Shown here in pieces: positions 54,066-64,000 of a DNA stretch of 64,000 nt; the stretch's first letter is position 1, and each line of letters opens with the position of its first letter. The position numbers were made by a program, and so were the translations under genes. The notes below the pieces were generated by a model. It saw only the letters and a list, made by a program, of their open reading frames with translations, searched no databases and was not told the DNA's origin. The stretch covers positions 11,418,581 through 11,482,580 of the forward strand of contig OZ037767.1 of NCBI GenBank assembly GCA_964035545.1. Reading direction: 5' to 3'. This DNA comes from Bugula neritina. Taxonomy: Eukaryota; Animalia; Bryozoa.

Positions 54066-57000
54066 TTTCAATCTGTGTACAGCAACTGTTTAGGGACTTG
54101 TCCCCTCATCAGCAAAGAACAGAGTACCATGGCCCACAGCCACACCTTCGCAATAGTAGAAACTTATAGTTTTACTAAAGCATATTTAAAAGGTGTGTAA
54201 AACCAAGCCAGAGAGCTCAAGTGACTCATATATATATACAATATGCATGACTGATTAAGTGGAATCTAAGCAGTTTTTAAGTTAAACTCTCATCATATTT
54301 CATTGAACAAATTTTCATAAACAAATGACTGCATTACATTATAGAACAGCCTCAGCTTATATCTGTGATGATGAATTTCAAGGGAGCTGAAGCTGCAGTC
54401 GAATTGCTCAAGATCAAACTTAAATCATTATTTAGTTAAATTTGATTATTTTATTAGCCCACAGATGGAATAGGCTCTCTTCACAGTAAACTTACAGAAA
54501 CTGTAGCATTTATCTAATACCAGATGTGTGTAAAGGTTATAGAGAGCTCATCGCAGGAGTTGAAAGTTTTTCCCACCTTACTGTGTAGTTGTCTTCTACT
54601 TGAATAGACAGTAAAACGATTCACATAGCTTACCTGACAATGTCTGCCCAGGTAATTGCTGCCTTTACATTTACAAGAGTATTCTCTCCGTTGCAGGTGA
54701 TTCACTGTGGTCAGACAACTCCCATGTTTACAATAGTGAATGCTCTTATCTAATAGGAAAACAGAACTGACTAAATACAAACTAATGTATATATATCTGG
54801 TTTTATAAAATACAAATGTAGTGTTGTTTATAAATGTAGATTAGTTTCAACTTATTTTAAACATAATGCTTATATGCACTGCGAGTGTCTATGTGTGTGT
54901 GTGCGTGTCTATGCGTGTGTGTGCGTGTGTGTGTGTGCGCGCGCGTGTGTGTGCAGGTGTGTTTGTGCAGGTGTGTGTGCCCGCAAGTGTGTGCGTGCGG
55001 GTGTGTGTGTGTGCAGGTGCGTGTGTGTGTGTGTGTGCATGTGTGCGTGTGCGTGTGTGCAGGTGTGTGTGTGTGCAGTTGTGTGTGCAGGCGTGCGCGC
55101 GCGTGTGTGTGTGTGCGCGCAGGTGTGTGTGTATTTTGCTAAGCATACACAATATATTGCTCAGACAGCAAGGAATGAAAATAGTAATTGCTGTGTTTTA
55201 CCTATCATCATAAAACTACTTTATTATAAACAAATGTTTCATACTGTCAAATTGCCTGCATATTTTATAGAAAATTTACCCAATATTCTCACTTGCGTTA
55301 AAAATTGAAGCTGAGTCTTAAGAATTCAAGAGATTAATCCAAAATGCTTTATGGTAAAAAGGTTAGTAAAACAAGGTGAAGAAAAGAAAAATTGGGAATT
55401 TGAAGTTGAGATTAAGTAGTAATACTAATTACAAATGTCTATATTTTCCAACTTTATGTATCGTTTTTGTTTTAGGCTAAGTATAACAAAATTAACAAAT
55501 TATTTAGAATGACCAGAATTAGAACACAAGCAAGTTCCATGTAATCTATTGCATAATCATATGTACCAACCACACCACGCAGCAACAAGTTGTTTCAAAC
55601 AAATTATGCCCATCACTGCTGACTCATGCATATGACTCTGAATTTATCCCCAAGTGTATAAATAGATACTTACTCCCAGAAAGGCGGTCACTTATTAATC
55701 CAGCCGTGTACTCATTAAATGCTGCCGGTGTCAAAGAACTGCTGTCACAAAGCTCGTGATCACATGTCCCATTCTTGCCAGTCCATGTGAAAAATGGCCG
55801 TTGACATTCACAACTACCGTTAATACATTCCTGGTTTTCCTATTAGGAAAGGAAAAGTATATTGTATATTACTGTCTACAGTATGTTGTATATTACTGTG
55901 AATATTATTATGCTGTATATCATTGCATATTGTACATTACTGTATATTGTACATTAATGTATATAATATTGTACATTACTGTATCTTGTATAATAATGTA
56001 TATTGTATATTATTATTATATCCATTAGTTAGTGAAACGATGTAATGTTTATATTCCTCACTATTTGACATGTTAATAAAAATTGTAATGAAATTTATTG
56101 CCAGAAGCATTAACATTTGTTGAGTTCACCAAAAATTTTAAAACCACTTTTTTGCTGTATGTTTTCTCCATCATCTTCAGAGCAAATGATATAAATGAAA
56201 ATTATCTCTCCCTTTTCTAGTGCATGTTAAAATAGCTAGTTAAGATTTCAGTAAGCAAACAGCAAAATAATTATCAGTCAGCTAGGAGCACAAGTTAGCT
56301 CTCGACTATAAATGGAAGTTCGCAAGGTTGCTTATAAGTTCCATCAAGCAAAATATGATGGCACCACAAAGTAACTACTATTTGATTACCTATACTCTAT
56401 AGTGTCCAACTATTTTTGCCAACCAATACATGTGAATCAACGCTGTTGTTAAAATTAGTACTTATAAACTGCAAACTAAGCTCAGTAAGTAAGAAATTAG
56501 GCTATATTCTAGTTCACATGCACCTTCAGGTTATGTTGACAGAGAAATCAGGCATTCACGGAGTGATTTAGACTTTTTATAATAATATTGCTTTCAAAAC
56601 TTTCTGACCAGACTGCAGTGTTTAATAAAATAGATCAAGTTATTCGTTTTCTATTTGATTTATTACATCCCTGAAGAGATTAATCACATTACTTGTTGAC
56701 TCACTACCCCAAATGGTTTAGAATGTAGTGAATCCTACATCATTTATCAAACTCAAAGTTCAAGAGTATTTCAATAGATAAAACTACTACTGCAATGAAT
56801 GCATTTTGAAAGCATTTACCAAATCCTTTATAAATTCGACTGCCGAGTTGAAAGTATGTTATTAATAGAAATCTTCCTATTTGAGTATACTAGAAACTCT
56901 AGAATATCTCACCAGACATTCTCCAGTGGGACAATCCAGGGTTTGTAGGTTTACTGAGCTGAGGTACAGCATGGAGAACAAATTCATTGACATAAACAAT

Positions 57001-57090
57001 CTAGAATTCAACATGATAATACAAGCTGACAGTACGTCATTTCGCAATGCACACATTATAAGGCAGAGAGAAAAAGTTTCATTACAACTA
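50276..57090 (-). CDS. Multi-EGF-domain single-pass membrane protein; exon model incomplete, possibly a pseudogene
   Basis: EGF exons at about 55675-55840 (CINGSCEC), 54633-54750 (CKHGSC..CKC..YLGRHC), 53784-53938 (CLNGGSC..CIC...YIG..C) and 51404-51575 ([12 protein letters not shown] + TM helix). The last exon, about 50276-50543, has KPDPKP repeats. Confidence 0.6.
52350..53654. mobile_element. Non-autonomous TIR DNA transposon, 1305 bp, TA target; Tc1/mariner-like
   Basis: Perfect 21-bp TIRs GGGGTAACGGGGGCACAACGG, TA flanks, internal repeats of GGGGCACAATGGGCC and no transposase ORF. Confidence 0.88.
54063..54227 (-). mobile_element. Truncated, diverged copy of the 270-bp hammerhead element in (TA)n
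   Basis: Aligns by eye to about 11773-11926. The hammerhead at 54073-54117 has GAAA changed to TAAA and a stem I mismatch. Confidence 0.88.
54890..55132. repeat. Degenerate (GT)n/(GC)n microsatellite
   Basis: Direct inspection. Confidence 0.92.
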
Positions 57091-57794
57091 TGAGTATTTA
57101 ATAATGAATTTATTAGTAGAATAATAATAATTACATTGGTGATAACGCAGTAGAGAAAATAGGAAATTAGTATTTGATTGGCAATTATATTGCTTGTGAA
57201 ACTCAAACTTGAAAATTAGCCCATCTCCAACATGATAATAATTTATGTAACAACAGTGCTTATTTAATTTAAAACAAGGCAATTTGAAAATAAACTAGAA
57301 TATACAGTAGTCATAGCAGAAACTGCTGCAACAGCTGGTACATGAGTCAGGATGGGGTAATGATTTGGCACCAAATTGATCGTCACATAACACTGCTAGA
57401 AAACTTCAATGAAATAAAGATATAATATATAATGGTATGATAAAGTTATTAGTTACCAATGAATTCGACTTGGTGTGTATAAAAGTTAACATGTCTACTA
57501 ACTAAGATCACAGAAAAAAAAGAATAAATAAAGAAGGGAGTCAGTGAACGGCCCTATATAGCTATAATGGACCACGGGAATGGAGCATATCATAGAAGTA
57601 ATATGGAACATTGATCTTTGCCAATTTATTATGACAGTTATTGCTGTAATTTAGGAAATATGAAGTTATTAAAAATAAAAATGCAAATTATATAAAATAT
57701 AAAGTAGTTTATCTAAAGATATGACGCTTGAGCTAAGGTCTTGGCATAAAACACAGAAGATGTTCAAAATAAATAGACTAGGGGTAGTCAGTAG

Positions 57795-60700
57795 TCACCA
57801 CTGCGCACTACCTCGGCTGACCATGTGCGAAGGTGGGGGCGCTCTTTCGGCGTACCCATTCAAGTGATGAGTTTGAGAGCGACTCCTGCTAGACACGTGA
57901 TTGGACAACTGATGGTCTGATGAGTCATGTGACGGCGCAGCAGCCAACAACTGAAAGTAACATAAATAGAGGTCAGGCACAAAAAATAAACTGCTTATAT
58001 GTAGAGGGCAGGAGAATACGGAGAGGGCAGGAGGGGACAGAGAGAGTAGGTGGAGACAGAGAGGGTAGATGGAGGATGACGAGCAACAAAAAAAAGCTCT
58101 CTCAACGAACTCATACAGCAATTGAAAACCTTTGGAAAACAATCTCTGAGGTCAGCTGTATTTATATCATTGCAACTACTAATTGTAGTGATTAAATGAC
58201 AGGAGATGGTGCAAGCTTCCATAAATAGACTTTATTATACCACTATTTTAACTCTCAGACCCAACAATTGGCAATCAACAATTTTAAAAATCCAAAAAGC
58301 AATAAAACTTGTCACAACTAAGTTTAGCATCAACAGGAGAAATCCAGTACCACAGCGAGTAGTGTACTGTATGGAGTATTTGCTCACCTGTGTACCACAC
58401 TCACCTGTTTGTTAGGACGAGCGTATGAAGACACCACCCCGTCCTGACTAGCTATCACAATAAAGTCCCTGTAGAAGTTTATGGAAGTCAGCATACTGTG
58501 CGCCAGCTTTTTGCAGGTCAGCGGCTCCAGTAGAGGCACGTCGCCCAGCCTAGGACAGTACTGAGTACCTAACAACTTGCCCTGCAGCTCCACAGTGTTC
58601 TTCATACACTGAGCTAGGGCGGAGCTAGACCGCACTGAATGCTTGTCTTTGTGACCGAGGGTGAAATTTCTCTTCACCTTAGTTCCATTTCCTATGGAGG
58701 GTTGAGGCGAGGGTAGGGAGACGAGGTTTGGGGCGCTGTTACTGTTAATGCCAGGCTGTAGAGAATTGGACTGTGAGCTAGAGACGCTGGAAGGTTGTGT
58801 GTGAGAGACGTCTATCTCCAGAGACGAGTTCCTAGCTATGTGACTGTTGGTCCTGTTCCTATTCAGGTGACTATTGAGTACATCAGATGTGACGTCCCAG
58901 AGACAGATGTTGGTGTCTTGTGACACGCTGCCTACGCGGTACGTAGTCAGTGGTAAGGTGCTGCCGTCTGCGTCTAACCTAATACTGAACCTACTCGAAG
59001 TGCTGCTCCTAGCCGAGGGACTTTTACCAGTCACTGCGTTGCCTGAGTAGAAATAAAGAGTTGAGTTATTCAACAGCACAAGGGGAGACAACATAGAGAA
59101 CATAACTCCATGTCAGAAACTCTCCCTGAATTACACTACAATAAGTTATATTGAGTCTTGAAGAACTGGCAAGCTAACATTATAATACCCAAATTAAAGA
59201 TTTGAAAATCAGTATTAAGTATTCTTGAATAATTTAAATGAGCTGAAAGGTTTTCCCCGACACCCAGAACTTTCTTGTACCATTAGAACCAACATGACAT
59301 CTGTAAGCTGCAGAGCTATATGTACCTCCAGAAGGAAATCACTTTTGCATACAATTTAATAGTACATAATGCATTCACTATTTGGTGCACAAATCTTTAT
59401 GCAAATAAATTTAGTAGATTCTTACTTTAAGAATGTTATAAGAATTGTAAATAGCATTCACCCAATGATATGTCTGCTGTGTGTACCCTACTATTAATTC
59501 TACAGATCAGAGTTGAAGCTAGGTTTGCATAAACAGAGCTTCCCCATATGTTTATAGCACAGGAAATCTTGCAAAGCAGAATTAAGCAATGTTTTACTTG
59601 AATAATTTACATGGAGTGACAACTTCAAGCTACAATTACAGCTGCTACGTACGTACCAGCATGAAACTGAATCCAAGAGCAGTCTTTTGAAGATAATTAA
59701 AATAAAATTTTGAGCCCCATTAGGAATACTTTAATATGATCAAAAATAATACATTATAATAATTTTTCTACATTAAAATTTTGTAAAAAGACCTATAACA
59801 CTTCATGCGAAAAATATTCCTGATTTTGAAAAAAACTGGGTAGTCTGCAAATATTACCAGATTTTACACTGGAGTAGCCATAAAAGCAGGACAACAGTAT
59901 TTTAGAGCATGCCAAAGCTATGCATTCAGAGGGTAGAACACATTTCAGGAACACCCAAGGTATTGATCAGTAAATCTTACAAGAATTTCACGATGACAGC
60001 AATTAGTTTCAATAAAACACATAAATTTATGAAGAAATAAATAATATATGCAGTATATGTGATGGTGAATATACAATATGATATGCACAGTATATATTCA
60101 GATAGATAGATATACAATAAAATTTAAACAGTATACATTATGGTAGATAATAGATATACAATACAATATACATCTTACACAATAGGATATAATATACATC
60201 TTACACAATACAATACAATATACATCTTACACAATATAATATAATATACATCTTACACAATATAATATAATATACATCTTACATAATACAATATAACATA
60301 CAAAAAAACAGAACTCACGCAATTTCTCACCTGGTGATTCCTCATCACTGACATCTTCGAATGTGCTGTTATCAATAGCTGACGTGGTGTACGGATCAAA
60401 GGAAATGGAAGTAACCCACGACCTATGACCCCTGCCTCTGCATATCACTCGGTTTTCATGGAAAGAGTAGATTGTAATGAGGTCATCTTCACCCCCGGTG
60501 ACCAAGTACTTGCCATCAGGTGACCAACTAATCAGACAAACAGTAACAAGTACTTGCAGGCCAGGTTTCATTGTGCGGCACAAATAGACGGTACCAAACC
60601 ATGTAGACAAGTTACGGAAACTACTAATCTTAATAATTTCAGGGGAAGAAAAAGTTGATTACAGAAACACAACTTAAGGCAATGTCATCTAGAAATTATA

Positions 60701-63249
60701 GCTGGCTAAGTTGGCAGTCGGAAACTTCACCGTAACCCTTATCTGTATAGAAGTTAAACAGCGAATTAAATTCAAACAGCAAAAGCTACGTACAGGGCCG
60801 GCTGAGGTGGCCATACATGTGTTTACATACCTAACACAGTGTAGTCCCCCAAAGTAGCTCTTCATGTATCCAACCATATCCATGGTGTGAAAATCAAAGA
60901 CACGCAGAAACCCATCTTGAGACACGACTGCTAGGTACTGGTTACAAGGAGAGAACTTGAACTGGTTTATTGCACCGTCTCCTATCACCCACCGGAACAT
61001 CGGGTTTCTGGTAGACTTGGTCTTGCAGGTGAATATTATATGGTTCTCACCCTACAAAAAATAGTAAAGCTGGCAAATAATTGCCAGTCATGTATCGCCA
61101 GGTACTGATATTTAATGGTTGATAAATTATTAACATGCTGCAACTGCAGAAGTTAAACTAGTCGGGAGTGTGCGTATACACCTGCCAATCATTTGTTTCA
61201 TCTTGAAAACACTACTATAATTTTAAGTCAAACTGATTGCAAACCAGGAAACAGGTGTAGTGGATTTAATGGAACTATCGCCATGGTAACCCAACACCAG
61301 CATCAAGCAACTTGCGGTAAATTTATTGAATGAAAAACCAGGTTTGCTCAGATTCAAAGTAAAGTTTACAATTTCACCCACAGTCACAATGAGGTGCACA
61401 GGTTAAAATTATATTTCTAACACATTTGGAAAAAAGCACACAGAACAGTTTTTAAAAGTCTAAAAGCCAAAAAAAGAATGCAAAAGAAATGGATTCTAAA
61501 AAATTCCCTGGCAAAAACTTGTAATTAATGGGCTAGCAAGAAGTTTATCTTTCATAAAGTAATGAGTATATTCAAAACAGCTTTTAGACTATTTGAAATT
61601 AATTAAAAAAGGGCAGGACATGTTGTCTTTACTAAGTTGATGAGTTACTAAATAGATAGTCTGTACCTGTTTAAAGACTTGGTAAACAGGAGGTAGATTA
61701 CTAGTCTGAGAGTCTATACAGTACACATACATAGAGCCACTTGCATACGATACCAGGAATTGTGAGTTGTTGCCCGGCAACCAGGCTATGCAAGTAACTT
61801 TAGACTTTTCGACGGCTCTCTACAATAAAACTTGACTTTAATCAAAAGTAACCTTCATTATCGAATATTGAAGAGTTAATATGCAGTATTCAGTTTCTAA
61901 CTAAAAAATGACAACTCTAACAGATACAATATAAAGATGGCATGGAAAACATACCTCATGATTGTAAAGCTGGCCGTTCTCGTTCCGAAATGGATCTATC
62001 ACCTGTATTTGTCCAGCACTAAAACCAATGAGTAATCTTAGACTTTCCTCTGGCTTACCATGTACTTCACTAAATGCATGGCATGTTGGAAAAGTGCCTT
62101 TATAGGTTCTTTTGTCTGTTGGTTGAGTTAAATCAGCTGCCTGACAAAATATCACAGAAAATGTTATATTAGGTTTTAAATTAGCCAGCAATATTTTTAT
62201 TATTTAAAAGAACAACGGGCAATAACCAAATCAAAAAGAATGATATTGGTAGCTTATCAGTTATTTTTAGCATATAGTTAAATATAATTCAAAAACAAAA
62301 CACCAGCATTAACTAGCAATGAGTGGTAAAAATAAACCTGCAGCAGCATTGTCTGACTTATTGGCTTATAAAAATCTTACATACTTACATATTCATATTA
62401 CTCTGAGTATGGCTGAATGATAAGTACACATTTATGATAATACACATTTGCATTAGTCATTACACTCACACTGGTAAGAAGACACTTATAATTACAATTA
62501 TTATTATTATATATAATAAATTAGAATATATAGCAGTTGCAAAAACTGAAAGAGCAAATTCCAATTGCAGCCAATATGGATAAGTAAGCATTAGCAACAG
62601 GCGATCAACACTAACAGTTGCAAGTTAATTAGTACCAGTTGTCCAATGGGCAATGACTGAATCAAACTGAAAATGATGCAGTTAGTCACAATTACGAATA
62701 ATTGAACCACTCCACTAGTACTACTAGTAGCACAGTAGTAGTAGTGTCTACTCACACTCACAGTCTGACTCTGAGTTCAGTGACTATGAGTATGACTATC
62801 ACTATCACTCTGACTATGAGTATGACATTGAATAACATTGACTATGAGTATGACTATCAATTAGTATCAGTATGCGATGGTGCACATGGTGCACAGGTGC
62901 ATAACGTTGGACACAATAGGAAAGGCATTGATTTAGCCCTAATAGTCATATAACCATGTTAACATCAAGTTCAAACTTGCAGAATAAGTGAATAGAATAC
63001 CTTTCTAATGCCCTTAAAAGGATAGACGTAAAGCTCGCGACCGATGCTAAAAGCTAAACGCTCCGGTGTGTCATTTTGTTTAGATAATTGAGTAAAAGAA
63101 ACTGTCACAGGAAAATTGCCAGCATCAGAATATGGTGATCGAGTTGGACGAGAGTATTCAGATAAAACTTGCAGGGTGTATGTGCCTTCACGCGCCGCAA
63201 ATTTTGTTTTTACTTCGTCGTTCCGATTACCTCCTGATTCTGTGGCCAT
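57795..63249 (-). CDS. WDR20: WD repeat-containing protein 20 (WDR20/DMWD family, USP12/46 cofactor); 7 coding exons
   Basis: Phase-consistent exons: 63001-63249, 61955-62140, 61667-61819, 60831-61051, 60331(or 60319)-60527, 58405-59042, 57795-57950. Signature sequences MATExGG...REG.Y....EYSRP, AADL..P.DKR.YKGT.PTCH, SYFGGL.CV.WSPDGKY, GHRSWV and GSV.QDT. Confidence 0.96.
60155..60302. repeat. AT-rich minisatellite, about 26-31-bp unit containing ATACATCTTACAC, intronic
   Basis: About five ATACATCTTACA motifs in tandem. Confidence 0.75.
62765..62872. repeat. Degenerate (TGACTA/TGAGTA)n hexamer repeat in WDR20 intron 1
   Basis: Direct inspection. Confidence 0.7.
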
Positions 63250-63676
63250 GATTGCTAAGTTCACTAATCGGAAATAGCCTCGTTAACAGCAGATCTGTAT
63301 TACTATTTTTTAAATAAATTAAAATAATTTTTTTAAAAATATACGTTGAAAACTGTTTATTAAACCTTAATAAAACACAAACTGCCCCAATATTTGAGTA
63401 ATGTATTTAATGTCGAGTTTTTGAGGCAGCAACTGTCACATCCGGTAATACTGATTCCAGCGAATATATCATAATCATCAATATTCGTGTTTAGATTTGC
63501 AATCATCATCACAATGACAATGATCATATTGACTTTTACTATCAACATGGATATTCAAATTCTGCCTAGGATACTGTTGAAAGTGTCAAGTATTATATAG
63601 CTTTGTATATAATACATATTTTTGTAACGATATGTTTTTGTCAATGTAAACTTTGAAAATAAATATCAATATCAAT

Positions 63677-64000
63677 ATGATCCAGCCTCCTTCCGAATTA
63701 TTGGAATCTAATTCAAGAATTCCACTCAAGAATGTGCCTTGGAAACGGTGTCAGATGTGTAAAAATGAAACGTTCAACTCGCCCAAAGACTTTGCTTCTC
63801 ATCTTAAAATGGTGCATTGCAGAAAAGAAGGAGGGTCTTACATATGCACATATGGTCCAAATTATTTGTGTAAAAATTTGCCTTTGGAAGGAGTTTGTTC
63901 AAAAGACTATGAAATCCATGTTAGTCGGTACCACGTATCACCCAACGAAGCTTGCGCAAACAATGCCCAAGCTGTTTCAACACTATCTTCCGAATCCCAT
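63677..64000 (+). CDS. VPS54: VPS54 (GARP complex subunit) N-terminus; runs off the window
   Basis: WKRCQMC...F....F..HL...HC.KEGGSYIC.YG.N..C..LPLEGV...DY..HV..YHV matches, from recall, the invertebrate Vps54/scattered N-terminal zinc-finger-like region. Confidence 0.85.
   Translation, partial: MIQPPSELLESNSRIPLKNVPWKRCQMCKNETFNSPKDFASHLKMVHCRKEGGSYICTYGPNYLCKNLPLEGVCSKDYEIHVSRYHVSPNEACANNAQAVSTLSSESH

Overview
AT-rich, intron-containing animal genomic DNA, probably an invertebrate; the species cannot be determined from the sequence. Host genes flank a block of about 45 kb of mobile DNA. Host genes: an Ig-superfamily single-pass membrane gene (+, about 3.1-8.6 kb), a multi-EGF single-pass membrane gene that may be decaying (-, about 50.3-57.1 kb), a complete 7-exon WDR20 (-, 57.8-63.2 kb) and the 5' end of VPS54 (+, head-to-head with WDR20). 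Mobile DNA: (1) two Penelope-like fragments with hammerhead ribozymes, both in (TA)n tracts; (2) a tandem 270-bp hammerhead retrozyme-like dimer, plus a decayed third copy; (3) a full-length Mag-type Gypsy and a 3'-truncated Copia; (4) a degenerate Polinton/Maverick with pPolB, an SSB-like gene, adenain protease, major and minor capsid, core-like proteins and integrase; (5) a second, divergent pPolB fragment split by two related tRNA-Leu-primed Gypsy elements; (6) an RTE-like LINE and three TIR elements. The most notable observations are two phase-consistent GT-AG introns in the Polinton DNA polymerase, a Gypsy lineage with a zinc-finger plus coiled-coil ORF in the env position (kept even in an RT-less copy), an intact hammerhead dimer predicted to release a 270-nt RNA that may circularise, and a cluster of TAATCC sites in the Polinton divergent promoter. 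All calls come from manual reading and motif recall; no database searches were run.
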